64,000 nt of DNA, from assembly GCA_023334545.1 (NCBI GenBank), contig JAADVB010000008.1, positions 62,001-126,000 on the forward strand, in the 5' to 3' direction. The translations under genes were made by a program, and so were the position numbers. The notes below the pieces were generated by a model. That model was not told the origin of the DNA. It did not search any database and worked only from the letters and a program-made list of their open reading frames with translations. Of the stretch, positions 46,322-56,921 are shown one piece after another. The first letter of the stretch is position 1. Each line of letters opens with the position of its first letter. This stretch comes from Salisapilia sapeloensis CBS 127946. Taxonomy: Eukaryota > Protista > Oomycota.

Positions 46322-46540
46322 TGGCTCAGCTGAAGATGACTGAGCAGCGACTTTGACAGGACAATAGAAGTGCTGTGGAATGAGAGCGAGTGGAGGAGCA
46401 TGGTGTTTAACTTGTAGAGAAGTTGGGCTTAATCGGAATTCGTGTTCTTCGGCTCTGGGCTACCCCACCATATAGTTTCTACCACAATACTCGGTTTAGG
46501 GGATTTCCTAGATATGCTCGCTCTCAGCTGACTGAGCCAC
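46322..46540 (-). ncRNA. Candidate structured ncRNA, possibly telomerase RNA (template CCCUAAACC)
   Basis: Perfect 10-bp helix 46381-90/46517-26 nested in an 8-bp helix 46322-29/46532-39. Telomere-complementary 9-mer at 46501-46493, a possible H-type pseudoknot, a 3' stem-loop at 46345-75 and a TATA-like element about 31-35 nt upstream. Inferred by eye only. Confidence 0.35.
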
Positions 46541-46909
46541 ATCTACCTCTTCTTTATTGTCACTACCGTCTATAGCTTGTGTCGTCAAGAAATCGATAGT
46601 TTAACAACTGCGTCTCAACACCTTGGTTTCCAGCACAAGCATCAGGGTCTCTTTTGCCTCTATTTTGGGAAAGAGTCGAATCATTCTAATGAAAGTAGCT
46701 GCCTAAACGGCGGGTTTCTTGCTCAGGCATTAATGAATTTGTAGCCGATGTGAATGGCATATGCATGTCGTACTACGACGTGGAAGCCTCAACAACATAA
46801 ACAATAAGGAATACATGCTACTTGAAACTAAATCCATAAAATCCTTCGGGAACGATGGCCAATCGGGTTGGTTGTGTTGACAGAAAATTATAGATTGAGC
46901 GTGTTTGCC

Positions 46910-47566
46910 TTAATGCTTCTGCAAGTCTGCCATACTCCAGACTGTAACGCCAGCCTCGCTTTGCTTCTCATAGTCTGCAACCATGGCTTTTGCAACAGAG
47001 CGAACGGAGACGGACGGCAAAATGTATTGACCAATCTTTTCCACCGTCCGAACCTTTTCACCTCGTTGCAACAGTCCAGGTTGGAAGATACTTGTACGTG
47101 CAAAGCCCAAGTCTTTTACCTTGTCTTCCAGCTCACCCTTACATTGCGGGTACAGGAACCAACTGGACGACTTTGCACCAGTAGAGGACAAGAGTCCAAA
47201 GTAAGGAATTTGATAGGTCTTGACCAATTCAGCAAAGCGAATGTTGTAGCCAAAGTCGATCTTCCGGAAGTTTTCAGCGCCACCGGCATCGGCACGAGTG
47301 GTACCAAAGCAGCTAAAGGCAGCATCAAACTTGTCCGATACGATAGACGCATCCATCTCTTCGAAGTCTATCGGACGAATTTCGAGCTTGGAGGATGCAG
47401 CGGAGACGTCCATGGAGGGGAATGCTTTCCCCCATTGGTCTTGCGGCACTTGACGGCGCGTGACAGCGACAACTCTGTTACAGTTTGAAGATGACACGAG
47501 CTCAGCAACGAGTTCACGGCCGACGGCACCAGTGGAGCCAAGGACGATTGCCGAGTAAGGAGACAT
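46910..47566 (-). CDS. HTATIP2: NAD(P)-binding oxidoreductase, HTATIP2/TIP30-like
   Basis: AIVLGSTGAVG Rossmann motif, AFSCFGTTRADAGGAENFRKIDF, LLSSTGA, YPQCKGELE and IFQPGLL. Confidence 0.9.
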   Translation of the reverse strand: MSPYSAIVLGSTGAVGRELVAELVSSSNCNRVVAVTRRQVPQDQWGKAFPSMDVSAASSKLEIRPIDFEEMDASIVSDKFDAAFSCFGTTRADAGGAENFRKIDFGYNIRFAELVKTYQIPYFGLLSSTGAKSSSWFLYPQCKGELEDKVKDLGFARTSIFQPGLLQRGEKVRTVEKIGQYILPSVSVRSVAKAMVADYEKQSEAGVTVWSMADLQKH

Positions 47567-50500
47567 GCTTGTTCTCAGGAGGGGTGATTGACGAGGTGAT
47601 GCCGTGCGAGATGTAAAGTGGACTTGGAAGTGACGAGTTGGCTCTATTTAGGGAAGCATATAAATTTCAAGTGTAAAATAAAGTTTCAAATAAATGTCTA
47701 ATGGATCTTTAGGGGGCGCGGAGTAGGGGCGATGGGAACTTCAGGAGAGCTACGTTAAGGCAGTCTTTTGTGGATACAAGTCGCAGATAGACATTTTCCG
47801 GGAGCATGTCTCCAAGAAGTTAGCTGGTAGTCGTGAATACTGGATTTATATTAATAATAATGACAGTGAGATTATTGTAAGTAGGCTTGGCGAAGGTGAA
47901 GGCAAGTTTGGGAAGGGGTTTACGATCTATTAGATAGCACGCAGAGAAGGCAGCTATCCTCGTTTATACTTTATACATTGAGATAAACACTGTGTAAAAT
48001 ATACTTCGCACAGCCGATGCCTTCTTGACGAACGAATGCGTTATTCGCAGTTGCAAACAACCCAGGTTCCGTTTCTGTTCATCGCTAAATAAGTTGCTAT
48101 CAGACAAGTTCGATCTGCACAAAACAACTCTCTTTGAATGTTTAGCTTGCATTGATGTGCAAATTGGGCATCGTTGATAAGTAATCGTCAAATCTTTTGG
48201 ATCTAAGCGTGCTCTAACGGAGAAGCAAAATTTTCCTCTGTGCTACGCACATTAAAATGATCTATCAGCACACACAATGGGTTTGAAAGCCGTCGTGACA
48301 CTCTAGATCTAACTCCTTTCAATGCATCGATAGTTGCTTCCATTTCAACTTCGCGTTCAACCAGACTAGCAGCGTTCCCTCTACATCTGCAACATGCCTA
48401 TATTCCTTTCGTATCTGTTTTCCTATAAGCTGTCCTTTAATAAAGAGGTGTGTCGGAGATTTTCAACATTTCTGCACTCTCTAAAACATTTAACAAGGAA
48501 TTACTGATAAACATATACGATCTCTTACTACTGTGTATTGCTTGTGTATCATCTAGTGGTTACACATGGAATACACGTCACGTGCTGTCAGGCCACAACA
48601 GGTCTTCGTGCAGTGTGATTCGCTAAGGGAACCAAACTATCGTGTGCTGCCTGCTGTGGTGGCCAATCGAATAGCTGCCAAGTCAATCGTAACTTTATTG
48701 AACTATCAGCGTTCAATTAAGAACAGAGCGCAAGGCATTCATTGTTAGATTTCCTTCGAATATACACAGAAGCAGCTCCCACAGAACCCAGAGTGAGTGC
48801 AATTTTAGCCCACGGAAACTTGTCAGCTCGAAGCTTGCCATGGGTTTGACTCGGACCAAGTGTCATTAACCCGTATCAATGCATCTTTCGTGAATACATT
48901 CTATCTAGATTCGGTCGGAGCGATAGAAGAGCATTTAAATCTACCTATACGATATGTTGCTGCATTCGATGCAAGTATCGCTTGACCTTGTCTGAATCAT
49001 GACATTTTGACAGACCGTATGCATATTCATCAATGCAACAACCTTATCTTTTATCTTCTCACCGAAACGACTAGCAGCACAGCAGCAACAGGTACTACCT
49101 CTAACTATGCTGAGTCGCTTTTAGTAGGCTTGCTTGCGCGCTACTGCATGCGGTGGTCTTTTAGCAATCTACTATGGTAACCTTGGATCGTTTGTTACGT
49201 GTTCGAACTGTTCCAGTGGATCGTGATACGACTTATGGATGAAAGGGATGAGCGTAGAGATAGATCGATTAAACCTCCATTTACGGAGCTACAGCCAAAG
49301 CTATGGTTTCATAGCTTTTACAAACTTGCAGGCATGACCAAGTTTCCATATTCGGCATTGAAGGGACATGACAAAAGCATTCATCGACTACGATCAACGA
49401 GTAGGATGATGAATTCGGACGTTTTGCAACATCACTGGATGCGGACCAGGCTCGAGTATCAACCTCATTTTAATTGCATTTAAACAACAGCTGACTAGGT
49501 ATGAGATATAAAAGTCGATGTGCTCCGATTCAGCTTGTACAAACTGCTAGGTTCTTTTTGTTGAAGATAGCTGAAATGCTCGAGTAATGCATTTTGGTAG
49601 CTTTCGAAGCTTCCATTAAAACCGTTACTTGTCGTAGCAAGTCGGTTAGAAGCCAGTGGGTGTCGAATGTTGCTTCGGCTTATTCGCATCGATCCAATGA
49701 TAGCGACACGAGCAGTCATTGACGAATAATCTGAACATTAGGGGCGATCGGCACGCACTGTGCCAGATGGAGACTTTAGACAGGACTATATCGCAAGTAC
49801 CATCACGTTTGTGAGGTGGGCAGGAGATAGACGTCGACGCTAAAATTACCAGTCTAGATAAACGTGGCTTTAATCGGTCACAAAGCAAAATTTTGATGTT
49901 CAACCAGGTACTTCCTCAACGATTTGGTCTATCTTTTCATCGTGGTGGTGTTTGAGTGGACTCTTGCATTCAAAATCGATGCAGGGATATCTAATTGGAG
50001 CCGGTACACATGATGGAATCGATGCCAAAGCAAAGTAATACGCGTAGAAATGCTGGAAACGGATGCTGTAATGTCAAAGGGTAGTAAAGAGAAATACTTA
50101 TCGGTCGAAGCCATGTTTAAGCACCAAGTGTCACATTTCATGTTCATACATATATCGCTTTAAAATGACGGGTTCTTCCGGCACAAACAAAACAAAAAAT
50201 GGCGACCCATTCGCTCCAGATGTCGTCGATCTCGATGATGTCAACAAGGATGATTCCTGATATAATACTTCTTGTCGATCCTAAGTCCATGCGCCTTATC
50301 AAGTTCCGTCCTTGCGTTTTCTCTAGTCTTCCCATTGGGTTCCGAATCATGTGCTCAATCCTACGGTACCGCTGACAGCACCGGAATACATAGCTTCAGC
50401 GCATCCCCCTTCCTTTGCGTTTCGCTGATGACTGTATCCTGTGGTAGAAGCGAAACGCGCCAAATGAAAAAACTCTTCCGATGCTCAAGAGCGAAATGTC

Positions 50501-50774
50501 CATGTGCGACATCGACATGCATATTCGTGTTAAAATAGATCAGATACACACCGTGTGCTTATACCTACACTTGCTCCGGCATGCTCGTCAAGCCAGCTAG
50601 AGCGCATAGAGCGACTCTAAATCTACGCCTAATCTGATCAAAACCCCTACTCCGACATTATCTGGAGGCAAGTTCAAGGTGTAAAATTATCCGTTCCCGC
50701 CTGGCTTCTTCATTCTCTTATTAGCCATATCGAGGGGAAGCGAATTGTGTTTTTCCGACGGTATAGCGCCACTA

Positions 50775-52091
50775 ATGACCAATCTCGAGGCCCCGCTCGT
50801 GCTCACGCCGTCCTCGTCGCTCGTGGACCTCGCAGCGGCATTGAAGAATAATGACGTCGACACCGATCTCCTGTCGGACTTGGAGGCAGCGACCACCAGC
50901 AGTATTACGTACCCAACTTCCCAAAGTGAACTCTGGAGCATGTCTTTCCAAAACTCACCCGTTGATGCGTTCGACCCTTTTCTAACGGATGAAGCGTCTG
51001 GATATGCAATGGAACCGGTGAAATCCGAGACGCGTGTATCACAGGATAATCCGAAGAAGAAACGAGGTCGAAAGCCAAGTGGCAAGGCGAAGGAGTCGAC
51101 AAAGAAAAAGAGACCGCCTCCTACGCCACATAAAGCCAAACTACGTACGTACGAACGTCGGAGTCGACATAAGCGACAGTGTACAATGCAGCAGATGAAG
51201 GAAGAAGTAAAGGAGCTGGAGAGACGGGTGGCCATGTTGTGTTCGGCAGACGACTCGAACGAGCATCGACAGTTGACGAAAGAGATTGTCGAGCTACAGG
51301 AGAACAACTTTCACTTGCGACAGACGATTGATGAGCACAAATTCTTTCAGTCGATGGTCCATCTAGAATTCGAGCATCGTGAGTCTGCTCCGGAAGAAGA
51401 GATCGAAGCGACGTTGACGACGCCCTTTGTCTGGCATCCCATGTCCGATGACGCGTGCTACGATACGATGCGCAAGTCCTTGGGTGAAATCGAGAGCTTT
51501 AGTAACGACCCAGACTTTACGTCGAGTGGTCTCCAGGTCTTTGGCTGGAGTGAAAAGCGACTCTTGCGTGGTCATGACGTTCGCTTTTTATTCCACAAGC
51601 AGTTCCACCGGTACTCGTATGAAGATCTCGCGCACAAGTCATTTGAAATGAGAGCCGTACAGGACCAGTGCTCTCGCTACCTCGGTCCGTTCTTGCGTGT
51701 GCAAGTGGAAATCATCCAGCGACTGAGCGACGACGTTGTCGTCGTCCGTCGTCGTATCCGGCATGAGCAAGATGGGTGGGTCCACCATACCATCTACCTC
51801 CTGTTCCGTATGGAAACGGAGGATGGACACGTCGTCTGCATACGAGACTTGAACCCGAGGAGCGCTGAGCAATTCAATGTCGTCCAGGACAGCACCAAAT
51901 GCGTGATCTGGGCGCATTGCTTCATCTGGTGGAGGTTTAAGAAGATGGAGGAAGGTGGCTTCCAAGTTGAATATGGAGGCAGTCTCGGCTCTGCGACCAA
52001 GGCGGATGCTGCGTTTTGGATGAAAGAAGTTCTCTTGTGTGCTTTGCGATGGGAAAGTCTGACGATCGGACCTTTGCTCAAGGTCAGTTGA
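50775..52091 (+). CDS. Atypical bZIP-like protein with C-terminal START-like (M96 mating-protein-like) domain
   Basis: Basic region KLRTYERRSRHKR with heptads M-L-L. The C-terminal region (VFGWSEKR, IIQRLSDDVVVVRR, IYLLFRMETEDGHVVCIRDLNP) is typical of an oomycete-expanded family. Confidence 0.7.
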   Translation: MTNLEAPLVLTPSSSLVDLAAALKNNDVDTDLLSDLEAATTSSITYPTSQSELWSMSFQNSPVDAFDPFLTDEASGYAMEPVKSETRVSQDNPKKKRGRKPSGKAKESTKKKRPPPTPHKAKLRTYERRSRHKRQCTMQQMKEEVKELERRVAMLCSADDSNEHRQLTKEIVELQENNFHLRQTIDEHKFFQSMVHLEFEHRESAPEEEIEATLTTPFVWHPMSDDACYDTMRKSLGEIESFSNDPDFTSSGLQVFGWSEKRLLRGHDVRFLFHKQFHRYSYEDLAHKSFEMRAVQDQCSRYLGPFLRVQVEIIQRLSDDVVVVRRRIRHEQDGWVHHTIYLLFRMETEDGHVVCIRDLNPRSAEQFNVVQDSTKCVIWAHCFIWWRFKKMEEGGFQVEYGGSLGSATKADAAFWMKEVLLCALRWESLTIGPLLKVS

Positions 52092-52159
52092 GGATGGAGA
52101 TTTGTTTTGCATGTTGTAGCGTTTATCTATCGAAATGAAAAAAAACTTGAAACGAATGT

Positions 52160-53980
52160 ATGTTATGGATGAATTTGGAATCGTCTGTACGTTTCAACGA
52201 GACTGCTGTTGCTGCTGCAAGGGGCTCAAGGATTCGTATGGCAGAAGTAGGATGTATCGAAGGGTATTTGATGCTCTTGTGTGATACGACGGACGGACAG
52301 GAACTAGTGTCGACATTCACGATGCTCAATGGGACCAAGCTACGGTGCTTTTATATGGGTGATGGACAGACTGGGAATGTACCAATGGAGGAGATTATGA
52401 GTATGGAAGTCGAAGGTGTCGGAGAGTGGGATCCATCGACAGAGTTACCATTCGATCGAGATCAGGCAAAGATTAGCTATTGTGTTGTCGGACATGGCGA
52501 AAGTAAGAAGGAACAGATCGAGTTATGTTTCATGGCAACCTCAGTCGAGGAAAAGCAGCTTTGGGTGGATGCGATTCATAAAGCGTTATCAAGTCGTACA
52601 AGCTGCAGTGACAACCATAGTGCTTTTACAATGGATGAACACCGACCATTGAGATCGTCTTCGTCGACATATTCTGCAGGAATTACTAGCTGTGTCATGC
52701 TTGAGCAAAGTGCATCCAAGACAGAAATCAATTGTCGACTGGATGCAAGAGCTTATGCGCGCAATCAGTCCATCGGCTCGAAATGGAGAGAGTGTCTTGT
52801 AGTATGGGAGCCGCCGACGGTTAGTCTCTACGATACGTTTACGAGATCTTCTATCAACGGCACAAATAGTGCTCAGCCGATAGAAAGCCATGTCGTTGTG
52901 CGAGTGGCGCGATTTCGCTCACTCTTCGCGTACAGTCCATCCAAGCATCGATGTAAGTATGGATTACGATTTCAAGACGCAAAGGGAGAGTATATAGAGC
53001 TCTCTTTGTCCGAGAACGAACAAAAGCACTGGTATACGGTCGTTTCTGAGTGTCTTGCCAGCAGAAGCAGCTCTGCCAGCACCAACTCAATGCAAAGACC
53101 GACGAATGGAATAAGCGAAAGCTCTGAGAACTCTGAGGTATCTCGAGACCAGGCGATACCACCGATCGCTAGAGCAGCCATGGAAGGCTATGTCGATGTC
53201 CGAAGCAAGAAACGTTTAAGTGTACATTGGAGTCGGCAGTACGCTGTTCTCATCGGGACGCAGTGGCTGTTGTACAAAGACCAAATACAGGCAAGTAAGC
53301 TTAATTGGAAATCATCCGTCGAAAATGTGATACGTGGTTCAGAAGCGATACTTGCAACTGACATTGTGAAAGCGGAAGTATGGAATAAAACTAACAGCTC
53401 ACCAATACGGCACAAAAAACGTAGCAAGAAAGAGAAAGAGAAAGACTATTTTGTAGTGACGCTCAGCACAGGTAGTACAATGGTTTGTCGAGTTTCTACA
53501 TCGACAGAGCGAGAGCAATGGCTGGAGGCTATTGAAAATGAAATCAACCTTTCGTCCCAGACAGAGCGACAGGTAGCTCAAGCGATCGAAGATTCACGTG
53601 CTAAAGCAAAGGAAAGAGATCGTGTACGATCCAAATTTACAAAACTACAATCGGAAGCCAAACGCCGGTCTATGCTGCTAAGAGAAATCTTGGAGGAAAA
53701 CACAGAAGCAATGGACGACCCCGAAGAGACAAACGAAGGGTTCCTCGCAAGAAGAGCATCGCGAAGACGGCGATCTTCGATATTGACTACTCCATCACCT
53801 GTTCAGAGCAGTAGCGCAGTGAAGCCTCAAGTAGGACTTTGGGATTGGATATGGACTGACTGGTTATTCCGCTGTTGTTGGCAAGAGCAGCATCACTGTC
53901 AACCAGCACCAGATTGGCTCGTACAGTCTGGTACTAGACAAAAACCTTTGTATATTTGTGAATATTATAGCGACGCATAG
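52160..53980 (+). CDS. Protein with three PH-like domains and a C-terminal coiled coil
   Basis: Three units ending in PH helices (EEKQLWVDAIHKAL, EQKHWYTVVSECL, EREQWLEAIENEI), with N-terminal strands such as MEGYVDVRSKKRLSVHWSRQYAVL. Confidence 0.75.
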   Translation: MLWMNLESSVRFNETAVAAARGSRIRMAEVGCIEGYLMLLCDTTDGQELVSTFTMLNGTKLRCFYMGDGQTGNVPMEEIMSMEVEGVGEWDPSTELPFDRDQAKISYCVVGHGESKKEQIELCFMATSVEEKQLWVDAIHKALSSRTSCSDNHSAFTMDEHRPLRSSSSTYSAGITSCVMLEQSASKTEINCRLDARAYARNQSIGSKWRECLVVWEPPTVSLYDTFTRSSINGTNSAQPIESHVVVRVARFRSLFAYSPSKHRCKYGLRFQDAKGEYIELSLSENEQKHWYTVVSECLASRSSSASTNSMQRPTNGISESSENSEVSRDQAIPPIARAAMEGYVDVRSKKRLSVHWSRQYAVLIGTQWLLYKDQIQASKLNWKSSVENVIRGSEAILATDIVKAEVWNKTNSSPIRHKKRSKKEKEKDYFVVTLSTGSTMVCRVSTSTEREQWLEAIENEINLSSQTERQVAQAIEDSRAKAKERDRVRSKFTKLQSEAKRRSMLLREILEENTEAMDDPEETNEGFLARRASRRRRSSILTTPSPVQSSSAVKPQVGLWDWIWTDWLFRCCWQEQHHCQPAPDWLVQSGTRQKPLYICEYYSDA

Positions 53981-54430
53981 GCTATAGATTAATTCCAAGT
54001 AGTTGATCTACCTCTCATTCACTCTTTAATACAAGAAAATTGTAGAGTTGAGGAAGCATCACGCTACGGAGATCATAAAACAAGTAGCATAGGATAAAAT
54101 GAAATGGTTTTAACGTTGTTTAATCGAAACAAAAGGTGGTTTCCGTAGCGTGGTTAATCTTATAAAAATCTCAGTAAGATTAGTATCAAAAGTATATTAC
54201 AAAAAATAATGTAGAATAAATCAAACAAACCATCTTTACTTCATGGAATCACTGGGTATCCATTCTGTGCCACCGCATACATTTAGCTAGGACCTGCCTG
54301 ACACTAGGGTTCTCGATCTATGTATGAAATGACCCGCGTGGCGGCGATGACCGTAGTTGTTGGTACGATTATGGTACAAAGTACCGCTTGCGACCACATA
54401 TTCGACACAAAACTTTACGAACACGAAGCG

Positions 54431-55543
54431 ATGAGGAGCGTAAGCGTCCTCTTCCTGCTCTTTGCACTTATCATTGCAGCCGTTGTTGCCGACCCACGTG
54501 AAGTGGAGAATGAAGCGTATGTTTTGAGTTCATTCACATCCTTTAATGCTTTATAAACAACATCCATAACCTAGCATTTGATTGCCAATAGATACATGGA
54601 CTTGGACGAAGCGTCTGTCCCTGATGTAGCAATCGAGAAGCGTGTATCCATTGCACTCGAGCATAACATCGGTCCAGAAGCCTCTAGCGTGTTTTCTCCT
54701 CGAGGCTCGGTCGAAGTCCTCTTCGGATCGTCCTTGGTGAAACCCCAAGCTACTTTCAAAGACACTCCTTCCTTGTCTGAAGTTGAGCTCCAGGAATTTC
54801 AGGTATGCATGCATGATGTAACAATGGACTATGATATGCTCACGACTTTATAGTCTCTCTTGGCGAATAATGGCTATTACATGGTTCGAGCTCGTTCAGA
54901 TCCGGAGGATGCCAGCTCTCATTACGTCGCTGCTTCCATCCCCATCGTATTAGCTCTTTTATGGCAGCATCTGTAGTCATCTAAATGTAGCTGTGTGTAG
55001 TGCATGCTAGCGGCCGTGAAGATGCATGAAGACTTGGCTTTCCACATGTCAGATGACGGTCAGCTCATCGGCATCGAGTTCCTCACGCCTTACATTTCTC
55101 CATCTACCTGCTCTCAAGTCCAGAAGGTATGCAAGTCACGACTTGATGTGTATCCCCTCTTAGCATTTGAGTATAGAAGGGACTGTCTACGGCGCAATTG
55201 ACACCCCACGCGACCGTCTTCTTGGCTCAACCTGGAGCGAGGTAATGCTCCAAACAACATGTACTAGTATCGAGTCTAATAAGAGTATCTAGTCCTCCCA
55301 AGAATGTTGGTGCTCGAAAGGATAGCATTCCGAAAGGAGTGAAACCAGCGAAAGCGGATGGCGAGGAAGAAGCTGTGGAAGAGAACCCGTCCTTCTTCCG
55401 AAAATATGTACGTTCCTCTTGGAGTTTGTTTAGATCGAGTACTCATGTCATTATAGTGGTACATCATCCTACCAATCGTCATCTTCAGCCTCGTGGGTGG
55501 ACAGGAACCACAAGCGGCTGGAGCACCAGCGGGACGACGTTAG
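54431..55543 (+). CDS. EMC10: ER membrane protein complex subunit 10
   Basis: Multi-exon. Signal peptide, LEHNIG...FSPRGSV, GYYMVRA, EDLAFHMSDDGQLIGIEF and C-terminal ENPSFFRKY|WYIILPIVIFSLVGG; stop at 55541-43. Confidence 0.8.
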
Positions 55544-56147
55544 AATGGTCGTATCGAAACTTGGGTTGGAATAAAGCTACCTGCCTTTAAAGACTGAAGC
55601 TATGCTCAATCTCGAGATTTCTATACGTAATAGTTGTATCGTTCTTTCGAAGGGTCCAGAGATCTGTCTTATATAATCTTTGCTTTTAATGTTGTGGATA
55701 CTTGATACTGAATCATGAACACTCTAGTTCCTCTCCTAGACATATAGATACAAGGTGAACTCAGAGATGGTACTAACCAGGAGCAATCATCACGCGACTA
55801 CCTCGACATTCTTTTTTATAAAAGGACTCGTTTACCCAACAGATTCTGCTTTTAGACGCTCGGAAAAGGATACTAGATGGAAGCATGAGCTAATCATCGA
55901 CCTCATCGCCTTTTATGGATGGCAGCAAAGCAAATCTTACTTTAGGATCCCTCGGATGTGTCATAGCTGAGTATGACGACATCGTGCGAGATCCAGACTG
56001 TAGCTGAAATCAAGTGATAGCCAGATTAGCAGCACATTTCTCTTCCAGCCTTTAGTAATTTTCATCAAATGTGTATCTGCTATCAAGTGTAGATACCTCC
56101 AAAAATTGAAACGAACACTACAAGCAAGTGACAGGAGAAATCAATTT

Positions 56148-56921
56148 TTAAATCTTTCGAGGCTGATGGTCCATTAATGACTGCGACTCTGTTTCTGGAG
56201 ATAGTTCAGTTGGTGATACGTCGCTAGTAGGATTCGACGCTTGTTGGATAGCAGATGCGCCAGTCCATTGCTGAGATAAGAGAAGCTGACCCCACACGGT
56301 GTTGTCTCCAGTGGCGACTACAACCGCAACGAGCGATCCTTCCACTACTTTTGTCGTCATATAGATTAGGTGCGGCAGACAAAGAGCTTTGTCGGGATAA
56401 TTTCCACTCGGACGACTGGACGGTGGCTCCGTCGATACTTTTTTACGCCACATATTCGAACCTCGGACACTACCTGACTCTAGCGTCAAGTCATCTCCTT
56501 CATCCGAAGTCTCCGAGGCCTCCAGTAGTTTAGACTGATCCACTATGCAGTCGTTGGATGCCTCAATGATACGCATATCAGCAGCGATAATGTCACCAGC
56601 ATGCACTTCAACGACGTCGCCTACAACCAAGCTCGTGGCATCCATCCGCAATGTGCGTGTAGTCGCGTTGGATAGTCGTCGTCTTACTCTGGCTTCCCGA
56701 GGAAGAGCTTCGTTATAGTTCTGCATGGCAGGGGTCTGTGCGAGGCAGGGCAGTAGGCAGCAGAGCCAAGATGGGCACTGGAGAGGCGGAGACACGCGGT
56801 TCGCGCCATGCAGTTGCCTTCGCGCTTGGGCTTCATCACGCGTGAGTCCGCGAGCTGCGTCTACGCCAAAGCGCTGGATGAAGTTGGATAATGCCTCCTC
56901 CTCGACTTTGGTATCCATCAT
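56148..56921 (-). CDS. Stand-alone P2-type ATPase N-terminal + actuator-domain protein (no TM, P or N domains)
   Basis: GLTRDEAQARRQLHGANRVSPP (cation-ATPase N), ARVRR, SLVVGDVVEVHAGDIIAADMRII and VVEGSLVAVVVATGDNTVWGQL. Intact 257-aa ORF with no further ATPase exons nearby. Confidence 0.75.
   Translation of the reverse strand: MMDTKVEEEALSNFIQRFGVDAARGLTRDEAQARRQLHGANRVSPPLQCPSWLCCLLPCLAQTPAMQNYNEALPREARVRRRLSNATTRTLRMDATSLVVGDVVEVHAGDIIAADMRIIEASNDCIVDQSKLLEASETSDEGDDLTLESGSVRGSNMWRKKVSTEPPSSRPSGNYPDKALCLPHLIYMTTKVVEGSLVAVVVATGDNTVWGQLLLSQQWTGASAIQQASNPTSDVSPTELSPETESQSLMDHQPRKI

Noticed and set aside
46490-46516. GAAAUCCCC on the minus strand resembling RNase MRP CR-I
   Set aside because: No matching CR-V/P4 partner near the 3' end; the template interpretation fits better.
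46322-46539. Plus-strand C/D snoRNA or U3 3'-domain reading (stem, CUGAAGA ... CUGA, stem)
   Set aside because: Box C is non-canonical, no U3 box A, B or C was found, and I recognised no rRNA guide. Not fully excluded.
32008-54141. 14-mer AAACAAAAGGTGGT seen near 32010 and 54128
   Set aside because: Several 14-mer repeats are expected by chance in 64 kb, and the flanks do not extend the match.
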